From Gonapodya sp. JEL0774 (lineage: Eukaryota), in the NCBI GenBank assembly GCA_027604505.1, contig JADIIX010000002.1, forward strand, positions 310,001 to 374,000: a stretch of DNA of 64,000 bases. The letters run 5' to 3'. Both the position numbers and the translations under genes were made by a program. Under the pieces are notes generated by a model. It was not told the origin of the DNA and made no database searches. It saw only the letters and a program-made list of their open reading frames with translations. This document shows, piece after piece, positions 37,544-50,100 of this stretch (positions within the stretch are counted from its first letter, which is position 1; the number at the start of each line of letters is the position of its first letter).

Positions 37544-38986
37544 TCAATGGCGAACAATGTAGTTTGGTAGTCCGACAACCTCAAAGCCCATGTCAATTGC
37601 GAGTTTGCCGAGTGCCTCGCTTTCAATCAAATGCTTGTAAGGCACAGAAGGAAAAATCAATCCTGCAAAGCAAAAAAAATCTCAATCCAGGACAATATAG
37701 TCAGTTGAACTCTCACCTTCGCGATGGCAATCTGCGCGCACAAGCAGGACAGTTGAACCTACGCCGTCCAAATCGATCATATGAGTTTTGTTTCCAGCAG
37801 GGTTGTAGAATGTACCTAATGGCCTTGATATGGCGTACCGTGTCAATCTTCACGCACCAAAAACTAATCCACCACCATCACTCGCGTACCTTCTGCCGGT
37901 TCGCACCCCCAGCCATTCATACCCATCCACCAAAACCTCATCCTCCTCCATTCCTTTCATTATTTCTCGCGTCTCATTTGTTTCTACGAAGCTATTAAGA
38001 TCGTATGGAAGCAACTTTCCCTGGCCGCTGTCGAACATGCACGAGGGGGCCAAAACGTCCCTGTCCAACGCGATCAGGTCAGATAGCAACGTTGGGGGGT
38101 AAAATGCAACGTCGACGTCCAGCCAGAGAACCCATTCGTGATCAGCAAGAGTTGAAAAAAGCAGAGTGTTACGGGACGCTGCTAGGAGTGCTGAAGAAGG
38201 ATAATAGGAAGGATCAAATGGGCAAAGACCTTTCTCGCCGACGATACACGCACCTCTCCTGCCGCCTTGGATTTCGTACTGGTGTCTTCCCTCTTCGGAA
38301 ATAAAATAACCAAAATCTTTTTGCAAAACTGTTACATGACGGTACCAGCCTTTTGTCCTCTTCCTGTTCGAACCAAGTTGGGTTGTGCCGGGCTTCTGCA
38401 AGTTCACTCCATGAGGTGACAGTCCTTGGCCGGACAACGAAAGTGAAGAGTCAAGCTGTGATAACTTTGAGCGAAGGTAGTCAATCGTGCCGTCAAGAGA
38501 GTCCGAGATAAGGAATCCTTGTTGGAATGAATCAAAGTGAGTGTGACAGTGAGGCAAAGAGTGTAACTGACAGCGTGAGGGTTTCACACCGGAACCTCGC
38601 TCACCAAGAGATATCAAGCTTTGATTGTAGGCTAGCGTGCTTATCCTCTCAAAATATCCATCTAAATGTCTCCTCGCGTTCTTTAGAGGGGTCAGTATCA
38701 AAACTGTTCCGGTTGAAACAAATCCCAGGGGCGTTCCAGGTTCCTCGCCGCCATCAAACGGCGAGCGCAAAGAGACTGGCACCTGCACAAGTGGTGGTGC
38801 AGCGACAGACTCCGAATGGGCATCTCGTTTGACAATTGGGTCGAATGTTCTGTCATATGTTCGGTGAAGAGTTCCGATTCGATCGAACCACGTGAAGCTC
38901 AGCCAAACGGTGGCAAGCAAAAGGACCGAAACAACGAGTAGGCGACGGAACGGTGGGGGAAAGGAACAATATGCGGTAGGAGCCAT
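37544..38986 (-). CDS. GT62 Anp1/Van1/Mnn9-family Golgi mannosyltransferase (type II membrane protein)
   Basis: N-terminal TM segment; VLILTPLKNA, ISL|GFLISDS, QKDF, LAASRNTLLFSTL..WVLWLDVDV (DxD), PYDLNSF, LDGVGSTVLLVRADCHREG|LIFP..HLIESE..GLPNYIVRH*. Confidence 0.92.
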
Positions 38987-40409
38987 GGAGATGGGCAAGT
39001 CACGAAAATGGTGACATCATTTGCACTCGGCTGCACGGCTGCACGCACGCGCCAGGTGAGGTACCTGCAGGTTACTGAGCAAGAACACGCCAACCCAATA
39101 AAGAGAGGCGTTGCCTTAACACTCGCCGGGGGCGTGCTTGATATACATGTAATTCACGCTGACGGTGTGAATTATAGCGAGTAGAAGACAGACAGAGAAC
39201 GAACATTTCATATGATTGATAGACGGAAGTATAGAACTCATTCAACACCTTCGCAACAAATAAATTTAATACGTCTCTATTAAAGTGTGTCCATGTATCT
39301 ACGTTATCAGTATTGTGAAGTGATGTGATATTGTGATTCGTACTTCAATGTCAATAGCAGTGCGTACTATGAATAATAGAAATTGAAAATACGCTAGACA
39401 AGCACTTCAGACAAGTTTTCCATGTTCAACAGTTCATTTTCAAACTTTCTGACTGGGTATTTTGGGGAGAAAGCGTGATTACTTTCTGATTTTGTTGCGT
39501 GGAGTGTTCTCCGATGTACAACCTGCCCCAGTCCAAGTCCCATGACTTCATTCGTTTAGAGTTACAAAAATACTCCAGTTGTTTAGGCTCCCAATGAAAG
39601 CAGCGAGTATGTGGTTGGGGGAGGGATGATTGAATGATGTGGACGATGGACATCGTGGAAAACACCCGATGCACCCGAGAGATGGGTCGGACTATTCTAT
39701 GCTACAAAGCCAAGCTCAGCGTCACGAGCAAGCAGAGTGGTAGGCGAACCTCAGAACTTCATTGACTGAAGTTGGAGATGGTGAACAACTGGCAACTTGA
39801 GGAATCGGGGCGCGGAAGAATCGGAGAGCTCCACGGAGCTCCAAGGCTGAGTGAATATGCTCCATAAGTTGAAAATACTCATGTCGAAATGTGGTATTAC
39901 GTTTTATATCGAGAATCAGCGGAGAATGCGTGTCGTGACTCCTATAAAATAGTGGCAAGTGTACGCAGACACTGAACCCACAGACGGGAAATTCAGGCTG
40001 GTGGGGCCTTTCAATACACACACACAAACTAACTAAAAGCTTCACCCTCGTTCGCTTCGCTCGCTTCGGGCTCGCAATCAAAAAAGTATTTTCCTGACAC
40101 TCGTGCAGCTCTGCCGCACCATTGGTGCAAAGCCAGGTCAAGCCATCAGCACAATTGAGAAAAATGAGATGAGATTGTAGTTCTCTACTTCATTCTCAAA
40201 AGCAGCAATGATCAGATGTAGCAATAAACATGATTTTTACCATACAGTAAATGATTCAAGATGTTTCTGGATGAGCAATGTATGATGTAATATGAAAGGG
40301 GAACGAAGTTCATATCCAGTCGAACGTCCAATCAGTGCAAACTTGCCGAAGCACATCACTTCTCACAATCCAGTTCCATTGAGAAAGACCCCCGAAAGAG
40401 ACTGGATCC

Positions 40410-42180
40410 ATGCCACCTGCTAGTCTTCCCCCATTTCTTGCCGTCCTCGACGGCTATCCTCGCTCTCGTCCACCACCCTCGGACTCTCGCTCACGAAGTC
40501 AACCATACATCAGCAACGGCGGTTCCAACGCTCCATATAACCCGACTCTGCGAGAAGTTCTGTTTTCGCGCTTTGATGCTATCGATGCAGAGGCAAGCGA
40601 ACGGCACAACCGTGCTGTGGAAGCTCCATTTGGGACCGAGCCGTCGTGTTCCGACGCACTGACACGCCAAGCGTCACTCAGAAACAGATACTCGAATGTT
40701 GTCCCATATGATGCCAATAGGGTCAGGCTGGGACTGGTACATCCGAAAGATGGACGGATGCTAACGGTTGCGCCGCACAGCAAAGGGTCGGGGCAACCTC
40801 GAGCTTCTTCCGCAATGAGCACGTCGCGGAACAGTGCCGTTGCGAGAACGTCTCAAAATAGCACCATGGACGCCAATGATGACGACTTCTGCGATTACTT
40901 CAATGCGAGGTAAGCCCTCGCGAACATAAAAATGTCACCAAGGACGCAGGAGAACAGGCGTGGACTCCAGTGAAAATGAAATTTTGCAGAAAACGGGCAT
41001 ACCTTGTGGCGAGCATTGTTTTTAACTTGCAAGTAAATGAATGGGGAGGTTTCCCTCTTCCCCCCACCAAGTGACCCTGAGCTTTGAAGTGAGCACGATT
41101 CTTGATATGGTGTACGGATGAAGGAAAGGGGAAAAATCCGCCTAGAGCACCTGCGAGGTATTTGAGTCCGCACTCACCACTCCTCCACCACCTGATTTGG
41201 TCGCAATTCAACACCCCAGCTACATCACGTCCCATCCATACTATACACCATCGTCTAACCCTCCAACCTCGTTTGCGCACCCTGCACTCACCTCACACCC
41301 AACACTGACCACCTACATTGCGGCCCAAGGCCCCATCGCCCCAACCTCGGGAGACATGTGGCGATGTGTTTGGGAACACAAAACATCGCTCATTGTAATG
41401 CTCACAGGTTTGGAAGAACGCGGTATCCAGAAATGTGCCCGATACTGGCCTGGATTCGAAGGACTGAAGGAGAAACACAACTTCTCGTTGGGGGGTGGAT
41501 TAGCAGGGGCATGGAGTGTACAAGTTCAACTCGTAGCAGAGGAAGCTAAGGGTCATGAGGTGATTGTTCGGAAGTTCAAGGTGGTGGGCGAGGGATGGGA
41601 TGGCGAGGAAGTAGGTGGGAAGTGGAGTGAGGAGAGGGAAGTGCGGCAGCTTCATTTCGTGGGATGGCCAGATCATGGAGTGCCAAGTGAGTTTGAGTTC
41701 TTGAAGAGCTTGAGCTTTGTATGGAAACACTGATCATCATCACAAATTCTGTTCTATCCTGTCACCTTCTGCGTCTTTGCCTTTACAACCCTTACCCCAC
41801 TAGAACGCCCCTCCTCACTCCTCTCTCTCATCCGCCTCGCAAACAGTCCGCCCTTCCTCTCCACAGTCGGACCCCCCATCATCCACTGCTCAGCCGGGGT
41901 TGGGCGAACGGGCACATACATTGCGGTCGACTTCCTCACCAAATGTCTCGCCGAAGTGAAGCGCGACCGCGGTAAAGCTACTTCATTGACCGAGAACGAC
42001 GGAGGTCAACTCCTCTCCTTGGTCCGCGCAGACCCGCCAAAGGGAGATCCGGTGGTCGAGGTGGTGCGGCACTTACGGCGGCAGAGATGTTTGATGGTGC
42101 AGACTGGTGATCAGTTCTGTTATGTGTACGCGTGTGTCGCGGAGGCGGCGACGGGGGTATCGGGCCAGGCGTGGGTCTAA
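40410..42180 (+). CDS. Classical protein tyrosine phosphatase, paralog of the gene at 27224-30604
   Basis: [61 protein letters not shown]. Confidence 0.92.
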
Positions 42181-42746
42181 AGGTGGGACCTGGAAAAGGA
42201 AGGTTGAATCTATTGAACAGAGAGTCGAAGCTAATCTCAAAGGCTCATTTCGGAAAACAAACACTTCTAGATTGAAAATTGGCTTTGATTATGACGACCG
42301 AAATAACATTTTGATGACCCCTACGAAAGAGAATAAAATCTTGGCGTACATTTGCAGTTGTACGGGGATGCAGTGGATTGTCGTCATCCGTGTAGGGACC
42401 ATTAACCGTATTTGCGTAGTTGCATGATAACGACATCTGTCTCCACATAAGCTGAATTGAATCAAATCGTCTCATATGAGAGTTTGGGGTGCACCGCACC
42501 GAACTTTATCGTGCATCGGGTGACCGGTGTCGTTTGTTCCCAACGCTTCGTAGAACAGTGGGCAGCAACGGAACGGGCCGTCAGAATTCATATTACTTAC
42601 TTAGAACAATAAGTCGAATCAGCTCATATTGCTTGTATTCAGTGGGTTGTGTCAAAGCTGTTTAGGGATTGAGACCGTGGCCGATCAACACAGTCGGCCT
42701 GGTTTTTCTCCTTTCTATTTCGCGTCCCCGGATTCCACGGAAAGCC

Positions 42747-45349
42747 ATGGGCAAACGCGGTCCCAAGAACGGAGCCAAGAGGACGGCTGAACGAGAATCA
42801 AAAGCGACACGTGTTTTAAATGGCACTAAGCGCGACGACGACGAGCTCTCGGACCTTGGATCGGACGATGTGGATATTAAGACCGAAGACGAAGCGACTC
42901 CCCCGCCGGAGGATTTTGGAGTGCCGTTGTTTCGCGTGGTCGTTGGAAGCTACGAGCGATTTGTGTACGGAATCAACGTGTACCCCAGTGCGGGAGTTGA
43001 GGTGGACGAGCTCCCTGCTGCAGATGAAGACCTCAAAGAGCGGGACACCAACGAAACCTCTGCGGCTGCCACCACCACCACGAAATCTCTATACAACCTC
43101 GCTCCGCTGTTCGTGCACCCCGCGCACGTCTCGTCCATTAAGGCCCTCGCGTCAAACTCCCCACGTTCCTCCTTCCTCGCCTCGGGCTCCGTCGACGAGT
43201 CCATCCGTCTCTACGATCTCCGCCGCCTACGCGAACTGGGCTCCTTGTTTCACCACCAGGGCACAATATCCCGTCTGGCCTTTGTCGGCAACGGTCATTT
43301 GCTCTCCGCCGGCGAAGACGGAAAATTGTGTGTCTGGAGGACCAGAGACTGGGAGTTGGTCAAGGAGATGAAAGGTCATTCTGGAAAAGTGATTGATATG
43401 GCCGTTCATCCGTCAGGAAAGGTTGCCTTAACCATTGGCGATGACAAGACTCTCAGGTGAGTGTATGTCAAACCGGACAACGCATCCCTGTGGTTGTGGG
43501 CAAAGTGCACCAGATCCGATTTGCAAAATGGCCAGGGACCCACACGACTAGTTTAACTGCGCCAGAGCTTCTCGGAAACGATACATTGCGTTTTAAGTTT
43601 GGGACTCACTTTCAACAATGACACCCATGGAGGACTTGACTTATTGATCCGTGATAAGAGTGATTCGTCTGGATTATGCTTTGCTTTCAAACTCTCTTCT
43701 TCACCGCTATGAATCATCCTTACTTCCGACCCCCTTCCCCTTCCCCGCCCGCACCACCACCACCACACTCTACACAACCTCTACTTCTACCACCTAGATG
43801 CTGGAACCTTCTCACCGCGTCGCTCGTCTTGACCGCCAAACTTCCCCGCCTCCCGGTCCTTCCCAGCACCACCTACCAGCCACCCACCCCACCTCTTCCC
43901 GAGCGCATCGCCTTCTCCCCATCGGGTAATCATTACATCTTGATGTGGCCCGCAGGAGTCATGGTGTGCCAGACCAGCTCGAGTGGGAGTCGCTCGCGGG
44001 AAGGGGAATCCGAGGACGGGAAAGATACCGATGAGGATACCGATGAGGACACCCCAATCGTGATCCGCCCACCCAAAAATGGAAAAGTTGTGTCGGCGTG
44101 TGTGGCTACCGTTCCCATTTCGGGGTCTGCCACCTCCGCGTTGGAGGACGTCGTGGTTCTGGGTTTGGAGGACAAATCCGTGCGGCTCTTCACCATCACA
44201 GGCGCACCCATCCACGATACCAAGAACGCAATCTCGGCTCCGTCGTGTACTGCTCGCATAAAATGCGTTGCCTACTTTCACCTTCCCCCTTCGTCACTCA
44301 CGTCGGGGTCTCAATTGTCCGCCAACGCCGTTGCACCACCGACTCCGACCCACATCCTCGCCACTGCCACGTCCGCAGGCACAGTGTGTCTCTGGGACTT
44401 GGTCCGCGTTGTTGCCATGGTCCGTGATGGGCGTGCTGCGAACGTGAATCCTGTGGGAGTATTCGAGGCCGCGTGCAGGGTGACGTGTATGGAAGTGGTT
44501 GGGATGCCCAAGACTGGGGGTTCAGCTGGTGTGGGAGGAAAAAAGAGTCAGGTGAAGGAGGAGAAAGGGGAAGAGGCGGAGGATGTGGATGTCAAGAGCG
44601 GCGGAAATAAGAAAAATGACCGGAAGAGAGTTGGATGGATAGAGAACACGGTGGAGAGGAAGGCAGGCGTGAAACGGAAGGCAGAAGATCATGTTGCGAA
44701 GGAAGATGATGTGGAGGAGGAAGGCTGGGAAGACGAGGAAGTGAACGACGAGAAGGCGGAGGACCGACTCTCTTTCGTTGACGAGGACGGCGAAGATGTG
44801 GACGATGTGGATTCTGGTTCGGACACTGCAATGCAACCCCCTCATGCGTCTTTGACCGCAGCACGCCGACTTCCCACGGCTGATCCAGGCCGACACCAAC
44901 AGCGGAGTGAATCTCAGAAAGAACAGAGGGGTATTAGGCCTGGGGCGCGTGGGCGGGGTGATTTGGGGAGGGTCAGCGACCAACAGGAGCGGGGTGCAAA
45001 GAGTCAAGGATCCCACAAGCGGGTGAAGCTGACGCATGGTGGGGAAAAGACAGGTGGGAATGGAGGGCCAAGTCGTGGACGTGGTGGTGGAACTCGAGGA
45101 GGAGGAGGAGGAGGAGGGAGCCGAAGCGACAGTCGAGATAGTGGACATGGCTCCAGTGGCGGTGGGAGTCAAAGCGGCTTGCAACGGGGATCTCGTGGAG
45201 GTGGGTTCAGCAGGGTTAAAGAACAACCTTCGCGAGGCGGATTTGGAGGAGGACGTGGAAGGGACAGTAAGAGAGGTAATCGAAGTGGTAATAGAGGGGG
45301 TGGACGGTTTGGGAGCCGAGGAGGTGGTGGCCGTGGCCGTGGAAAGTAG
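42747..45349 (+). CDS. MAK11: Mak11/PAK1IP1 WD40 60S ribosome-biogenesis factor with acidic and RGG-rich tail
   Basis: RVVVGSYERFVYG, LASGSVDESIRLYDL..ELGSL..HQGTI, LLSAGEDG..WRTRDWE, AVHPSGKVALTIGDDKTLR|CWNL, RIKC, RVTCM. One intron of about 340 bp. Confidence 0.88.
45097..45117 (+). repeat. (GGA)n microsatellite encoding poly-Gly in the RGG tail of the Mak11-like gene
   Basis: Read directly from the sequence. Confidence 0.85.
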
Positions 45350-45759
45350 TGTGCCTACAAGCATGATTTGCATGTTTCTGTACATAATAATACCAGCTTC
45401 TGGGGGCAAATGCTGACAGGCTGTCGAGCACTGTATTCCACTTGCAAGAATCTCCTTGATAACTGGGAAACTACGCAGACAAACCTTACTGTCATCATTT
45501 GATGTAGAAATATTGGCGGTGCGGGTTTGGCTTACCAGATTTCGAGCAAAGAGTCAACGAACGGATTCCGGCGCTCTATCAATAATTTTCAAAGGATTAT
45601 TGTTGCTCGCCAAAAGCTACATGTGTACAACGTGAACCAAAATTTCCGGCGGTGAAGTTCACCCGAGCGGTGCCGACTGAACTGATCGACTCTTTCGGGA
45701 TTCGCATTCCCCGTTGAGCTTTTAATTCAAATCGTTTTTTCCCATTCCACCTTACATAA

Positions 45760-47116
45760 ATGCTTCGCTCTTCCGCCGCCGCCGTTCGCCTGTTCTCGAT
45801 CGGAGCAAGAGTGTCTTCCACATCCTCTGTGGGATCGTTTTCAACATCAGCGAAGACACTCTCCGCGGTTTCTGCTGGTAAGAAACGGTCAGGACTCCGA
45901 TTTCTTCACATCGGAAATCTAACCTCATCGCTGGAATCTTTCGTTATGCTGCAATTTCTCGCATTCCGGGGTTTCAGATGAACGGGACATTCAAAAAATT
46001 ATGACGTGGGCAAAGGAGAAGCAGGACGCTGGACCAGTTCGGTACGAACAACTAATCGGTCCTGAACCAGCAAGCCTTTTTGGGAATGCGATCGCGTTGA
46101 AGGAAGGAGATTTGGTCCGCAATTACAAAGAGGTCAGTTGGACAGTCTCGCGATGAGGCCGAGTTTCAATCAATCCGACCTCCCATAACTCTAAATCGAC
46201 ATCCAGGGTGACGCCCTTCTCCCTTACTACCATTTCTTCTACTTTCTCCGCCCAACGCCCGAATATGCCCTCGGAAGCGATGGTCACAACCGGGACATCA
46301 AACCTCCCTCGTTCACCGAGCGCATGTTCGCAAACGCCACGCTAAAATTCGATATCAGCAACCCGTTGCGAGCCGGTGATCGTGGCTGGATGGAAGATTC
46401 CATTGGACCCGATATTTCGGTAAAGCAGGGTGCAAAAGGACCACTTGTGTTTGTGCAGGAGGTGAAAAAGGTCGGCAACGAGCGTGGACTGTGCCTAGAG
46501 GAAATCCGCAACGTGGTTTACATGAAACCCAAGGCCGTTGTCGAGAAGGAAAGGGCGGAAGCTGGCGTCAAGGAAGACAAGGGCAAAACTGCTGCGGACC
46601 CTGCAAAGGAGAAGAAGGCACCCAGAGTGGCCGCTGTCACCAGTGAAACTCCTTTCGACTTTGAAAAGGTTATTGTGCCATCACGGACGCTATTGTTCCG
46701 ATATTCCGCACTTGTGTACTTCACGCACCGGATCCACTACGATCATCCTTACACCACCAAGGTTGAAGGCTACCCCGGTGAGTGTCTCCCGCGGCAATCA
46801 CTTTATTACAGTCTAGCGGGGTTCTCAATCATTGAATTCTTCGAAAGATCTCGTCGTGCACGGCCCACTCGTCTCCTCCCTCCTTCTCTCCCTCCTTGAC
46901 CACAACCTCCCCTCTCCTTCTCCCTCCGCACGACTATCCAACTCACCCTTACTCCGCCTTACCGACTATAACTTCCGACTCAATTCTCCCTACTTTGTCG
47001 ACCGGGAGATCAAACTAAGGGGCAGGAAAGTGGGACCAGGGAGTTACGAGGTGTGGGCGGTGGACAATGAGGGAAAAGTGGGTATTACAGGGAAAGCAAC
47101 GGTGCAAGAAGGATGA
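45760..47116 (+). CDS. Hot-dog-fold hydratase, HTD2 / mesaconyl-C4-CoA hydratase-like, predicted mitochondrial
   Basis: Arg/Ser-rich N-terminus without acidic residues (presequence-like); LGSDGH..PP..RM, LLFRYSAL..HRIHYD..EGYP|DLVVHGPL. Confidence 0.85.
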
Positions 47117-47196
47117 ACCCAAAAATTAGGTCATATTGCCTCGAATGTATGCACATTTCCTAAGGTATCAGATGCCGAAGTGTCTGAATGCATTAG

Positions 47197-50100
47197 TTAC
47201 AGCCATGGGTTCCATCCTTGCCATATCCTCGCCAATGCCCATGGATCTGTGGCCAGATCCAACAAACAGTCCACCTGTTCTGCCACGTTGGAGGTGATCT
47301 TGCCAACCCGGCCTCGCAGGTTGCGCTTCTTGTCGCCAAGGGCTACGGCTTCCATGTTCTTGAAATACTTTTTGTCGCCGTGGCCGGATTGTAGCTCGAG
47401 AGCGATTATGGCTTGTAGTGACGAGAAGCGTGTGAAAAATGATATCAGGTATTGCAGTATAGGTTCGGGCGATTCTCAAAGGCGTTGCACGTACTACCAG
47501 GATTCCATCCTTCCAGCTTTCTTCTTGCAATTAAAATTTTCTGAACAGCGAACCATGGCTTCGCTGCCGCCGGAGTGGCACTTCGATTCTCGGACGAGAA
47601 AACTTCGAGGTTCTCCAACACCCTCTCAGCTAAAATCATGCAGTTGGGTTTGAGGTCAGACCGTTGATTGCGGGGCTGAACTGCCTTACAGACCAAGATG
47701 GCGCATCCAGTACGTTTAGGTGCACTCACACATCTTCCTCGCCCTGTCTGTGGCTCGTTTTGACCAATCCAAGACCGGTTCTTGTACAAATACATCCATC
47801 ACATTCAACAAGTCTTCTTTCCCTTGCCGTAGCGCTGAGGAAGGAAACGCCCGATGACAGGTTTACTGCAGCATGGAAAAAGCCACAAAACACGTTCAGT
47901 CATACCTGCCAACACATAAATCATCGAGGGTCTGAGGAGAACTTCTTTGCCGAGTGGTGCAAAAACTCCCTCCATTTGAGGTGAGAGTCGGAACGGAATG
48001 AGCTCTGGAACTGGCAGCTGCTCGGTGGCAGATCTATCACACAGTTGCATAATTTGAGCCTGTTGACAAGGGGAAATCGGAAACGTGATCGTACCCGAAA
48101 GCATGGCCAAAATCAATCCCGACGATTCGGCCACTGAGATGAGCCACACAATATGAATGGGTGAGGTTATTAGCCCTCGGAATCGGTGTTCAACAATACC
48201 TACCTCTTCACGTCAATGAGGTGATTCTCCAAATGACGGTCACCAATGCCTGGTATTCCGACCATGAAACTCATGGATCAATTACTTCATTTGAATGTCA
48301 CTTTGGACACAACGTACCGAGTATATATGAGGCGATACATAGTGCAGCTAAACTCTTGGTGAAATTATATCGAATTCCTAGAAAAGCCTCTGGAGTCATG
48401 GCCATGCTGTAGAGAAAGTCGCGCAGGTACTGGTTCGATGGATAGATACGGACAGCTTCCATATAGGCTCGAGCAGGCTGTTCCCCGGCGAACTTCGTCA
48501 TCATTGCGTGATAATCTACCAGCGATGGAACAACATCAATGATGGCATCGTCAGGTCCTGGACTTCACTTGACTCACGGTCCACTGGCGATCCTTGCTGT
48601 CCTTTACCACTGTTCGCTGTTATCCAATTGCTCATGAAAGCAAAGCCCTTGTTGTACAGCTCATTGCCACATCGGGACTTCATACAGTCACCCAAGGGTC
48701 GCGTGTGGTCCTTAAGAATGTGTGATTAGGTATGCAAATACAGACAGTGAAAAGATCGACCAACAGTGGTGACTCACGACCCATTCCAGGACACCAAGCG
48801 AAAGGCTCATTGGAATTACCTTCAAAGACATATGATTCATTCAGATAACTTTGCTAAGCGAAGCTGCATGAAGCACAAGGCACCTTATACGTAACAACTT
48901 CCAGTCTATTATCCGCGGTTCTCGCTGAGGTTCGTAGAATTCTATTCATGATCTCGAAGAGCTGTTCTATTCGCTGATCTTGCCGCAAATCTTCACCTCC
49001 CTGAGAGCCGGTGCATAACGAGATAGATCAACACACCAATGTTACGATAAAGACTTATTAGCCCACCTTAACCAGGAACAAGTGACTCTTCTCATCAGTC
49101 CCTCGAATTTCTAGTCGCTTTGGGCGCCGGATGGACTGCAACGTGAGAATAGTATTTCCGAATCCGGCAATTTGAATGAGTGTGCTTGGGTCTGGTTTCG
49201 AGAAACCATTGTATTGACCAGGCACTTCCAACACCTGCACAAACGCAAGTTTCAGATCTTTCCTCTTACTTAATACCAACAGCAACTTGCCTCCGGAAGA
49301 TACCGTATCCCATCATAGTCCTCCAGCCATGGAGAGTAGCGTTTCAGCCCCACATGACCTATGGGACCAACCCCTAACTCCTTGCCAGATACTTTAGGAA
49401 GTTTTCGCTCGAGTTCTCTCGCCGCTTCGTAGACCTGCTTTGCACTCATGCGACGAAGGCTGCCACCGTTCAGCCCGAAAGAGGTCTCGAGGAGAGGGCG
49501 AATCACTCGAGTATAGTCTTCATGTTCCCTCCCCAATCGTGCAGAGCACACGAATTTTGAGAGTTTCGCAAACTATTTTGTTAATTCAGCATCAGCACAC
49601 CATTAAGTGAGGGCTCACACTTCACCAACGTACCGCAGTCTGAATTTTGGTGACAGCAACCTCTTGACGAGCATCTATCACATCCTGCGGGTACGCCGAA
49701 ATTTTATCGACCTTCCCGGCGGAACAGCTTTTGATAACTCACCCGAACATCTGCCACAAATGCTCTCCAATAGTCTCGTGGCTCGGAAAGCCTTTCAAGC
49801 TCTTCAACAAACGTTTCAGTGAGTGGAGATCGTGTCATGTCCACAAGCCTCTCCATGTTGGCTCGGTTTTTCGGTTCCAGGGATTCGGGAGCGTACAAAA
49901 ACTGTATCTTCGGTGAGTTTATATGAGATCGTCTCGTTCCGCAAAAAGTGATCACCTGTTCTTTGCTGATGATCATTTGGTGATACAGGGCCTGTGGGTA
50001 GTCTTGAGCCAGCTGGTAGGGAAAAAATGAACTCCAGGTTGTGTCCAGAAATCAACGTAAATATCTAGCGTTTCATACTGCACCTTTTCTAGAATACCAA

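Noticed and set aside
39422..39700. Plus-strand frame with TGA/TAG stops as a C-to-T mutated pseudogene
   Set aside because: About four stops in 90 codons is what random sequence gives, and the translation resembles nothing I recognise.
44023..44052. 12-nt tandem repeat GATACCGATGAG
   Set aside because: Short in-frame duplication encoding DTDEDTDEDT in a loop, of no evident significance.
44522..45409. 295-aa minus-strand ORF
   Set aside because: Antisense shadow of the low-complexity GGA/GAG-rich Mak11 tail, with no recognisable motifs.
2213..47116. PHS1, acyl-CoA ligase, GH5 glycolipid hydrolase and HTD2-like gene as one lipid cluster
   Set aside because: They are spread over 45 kb among unrelated genes and are predicted to act in different compartments.
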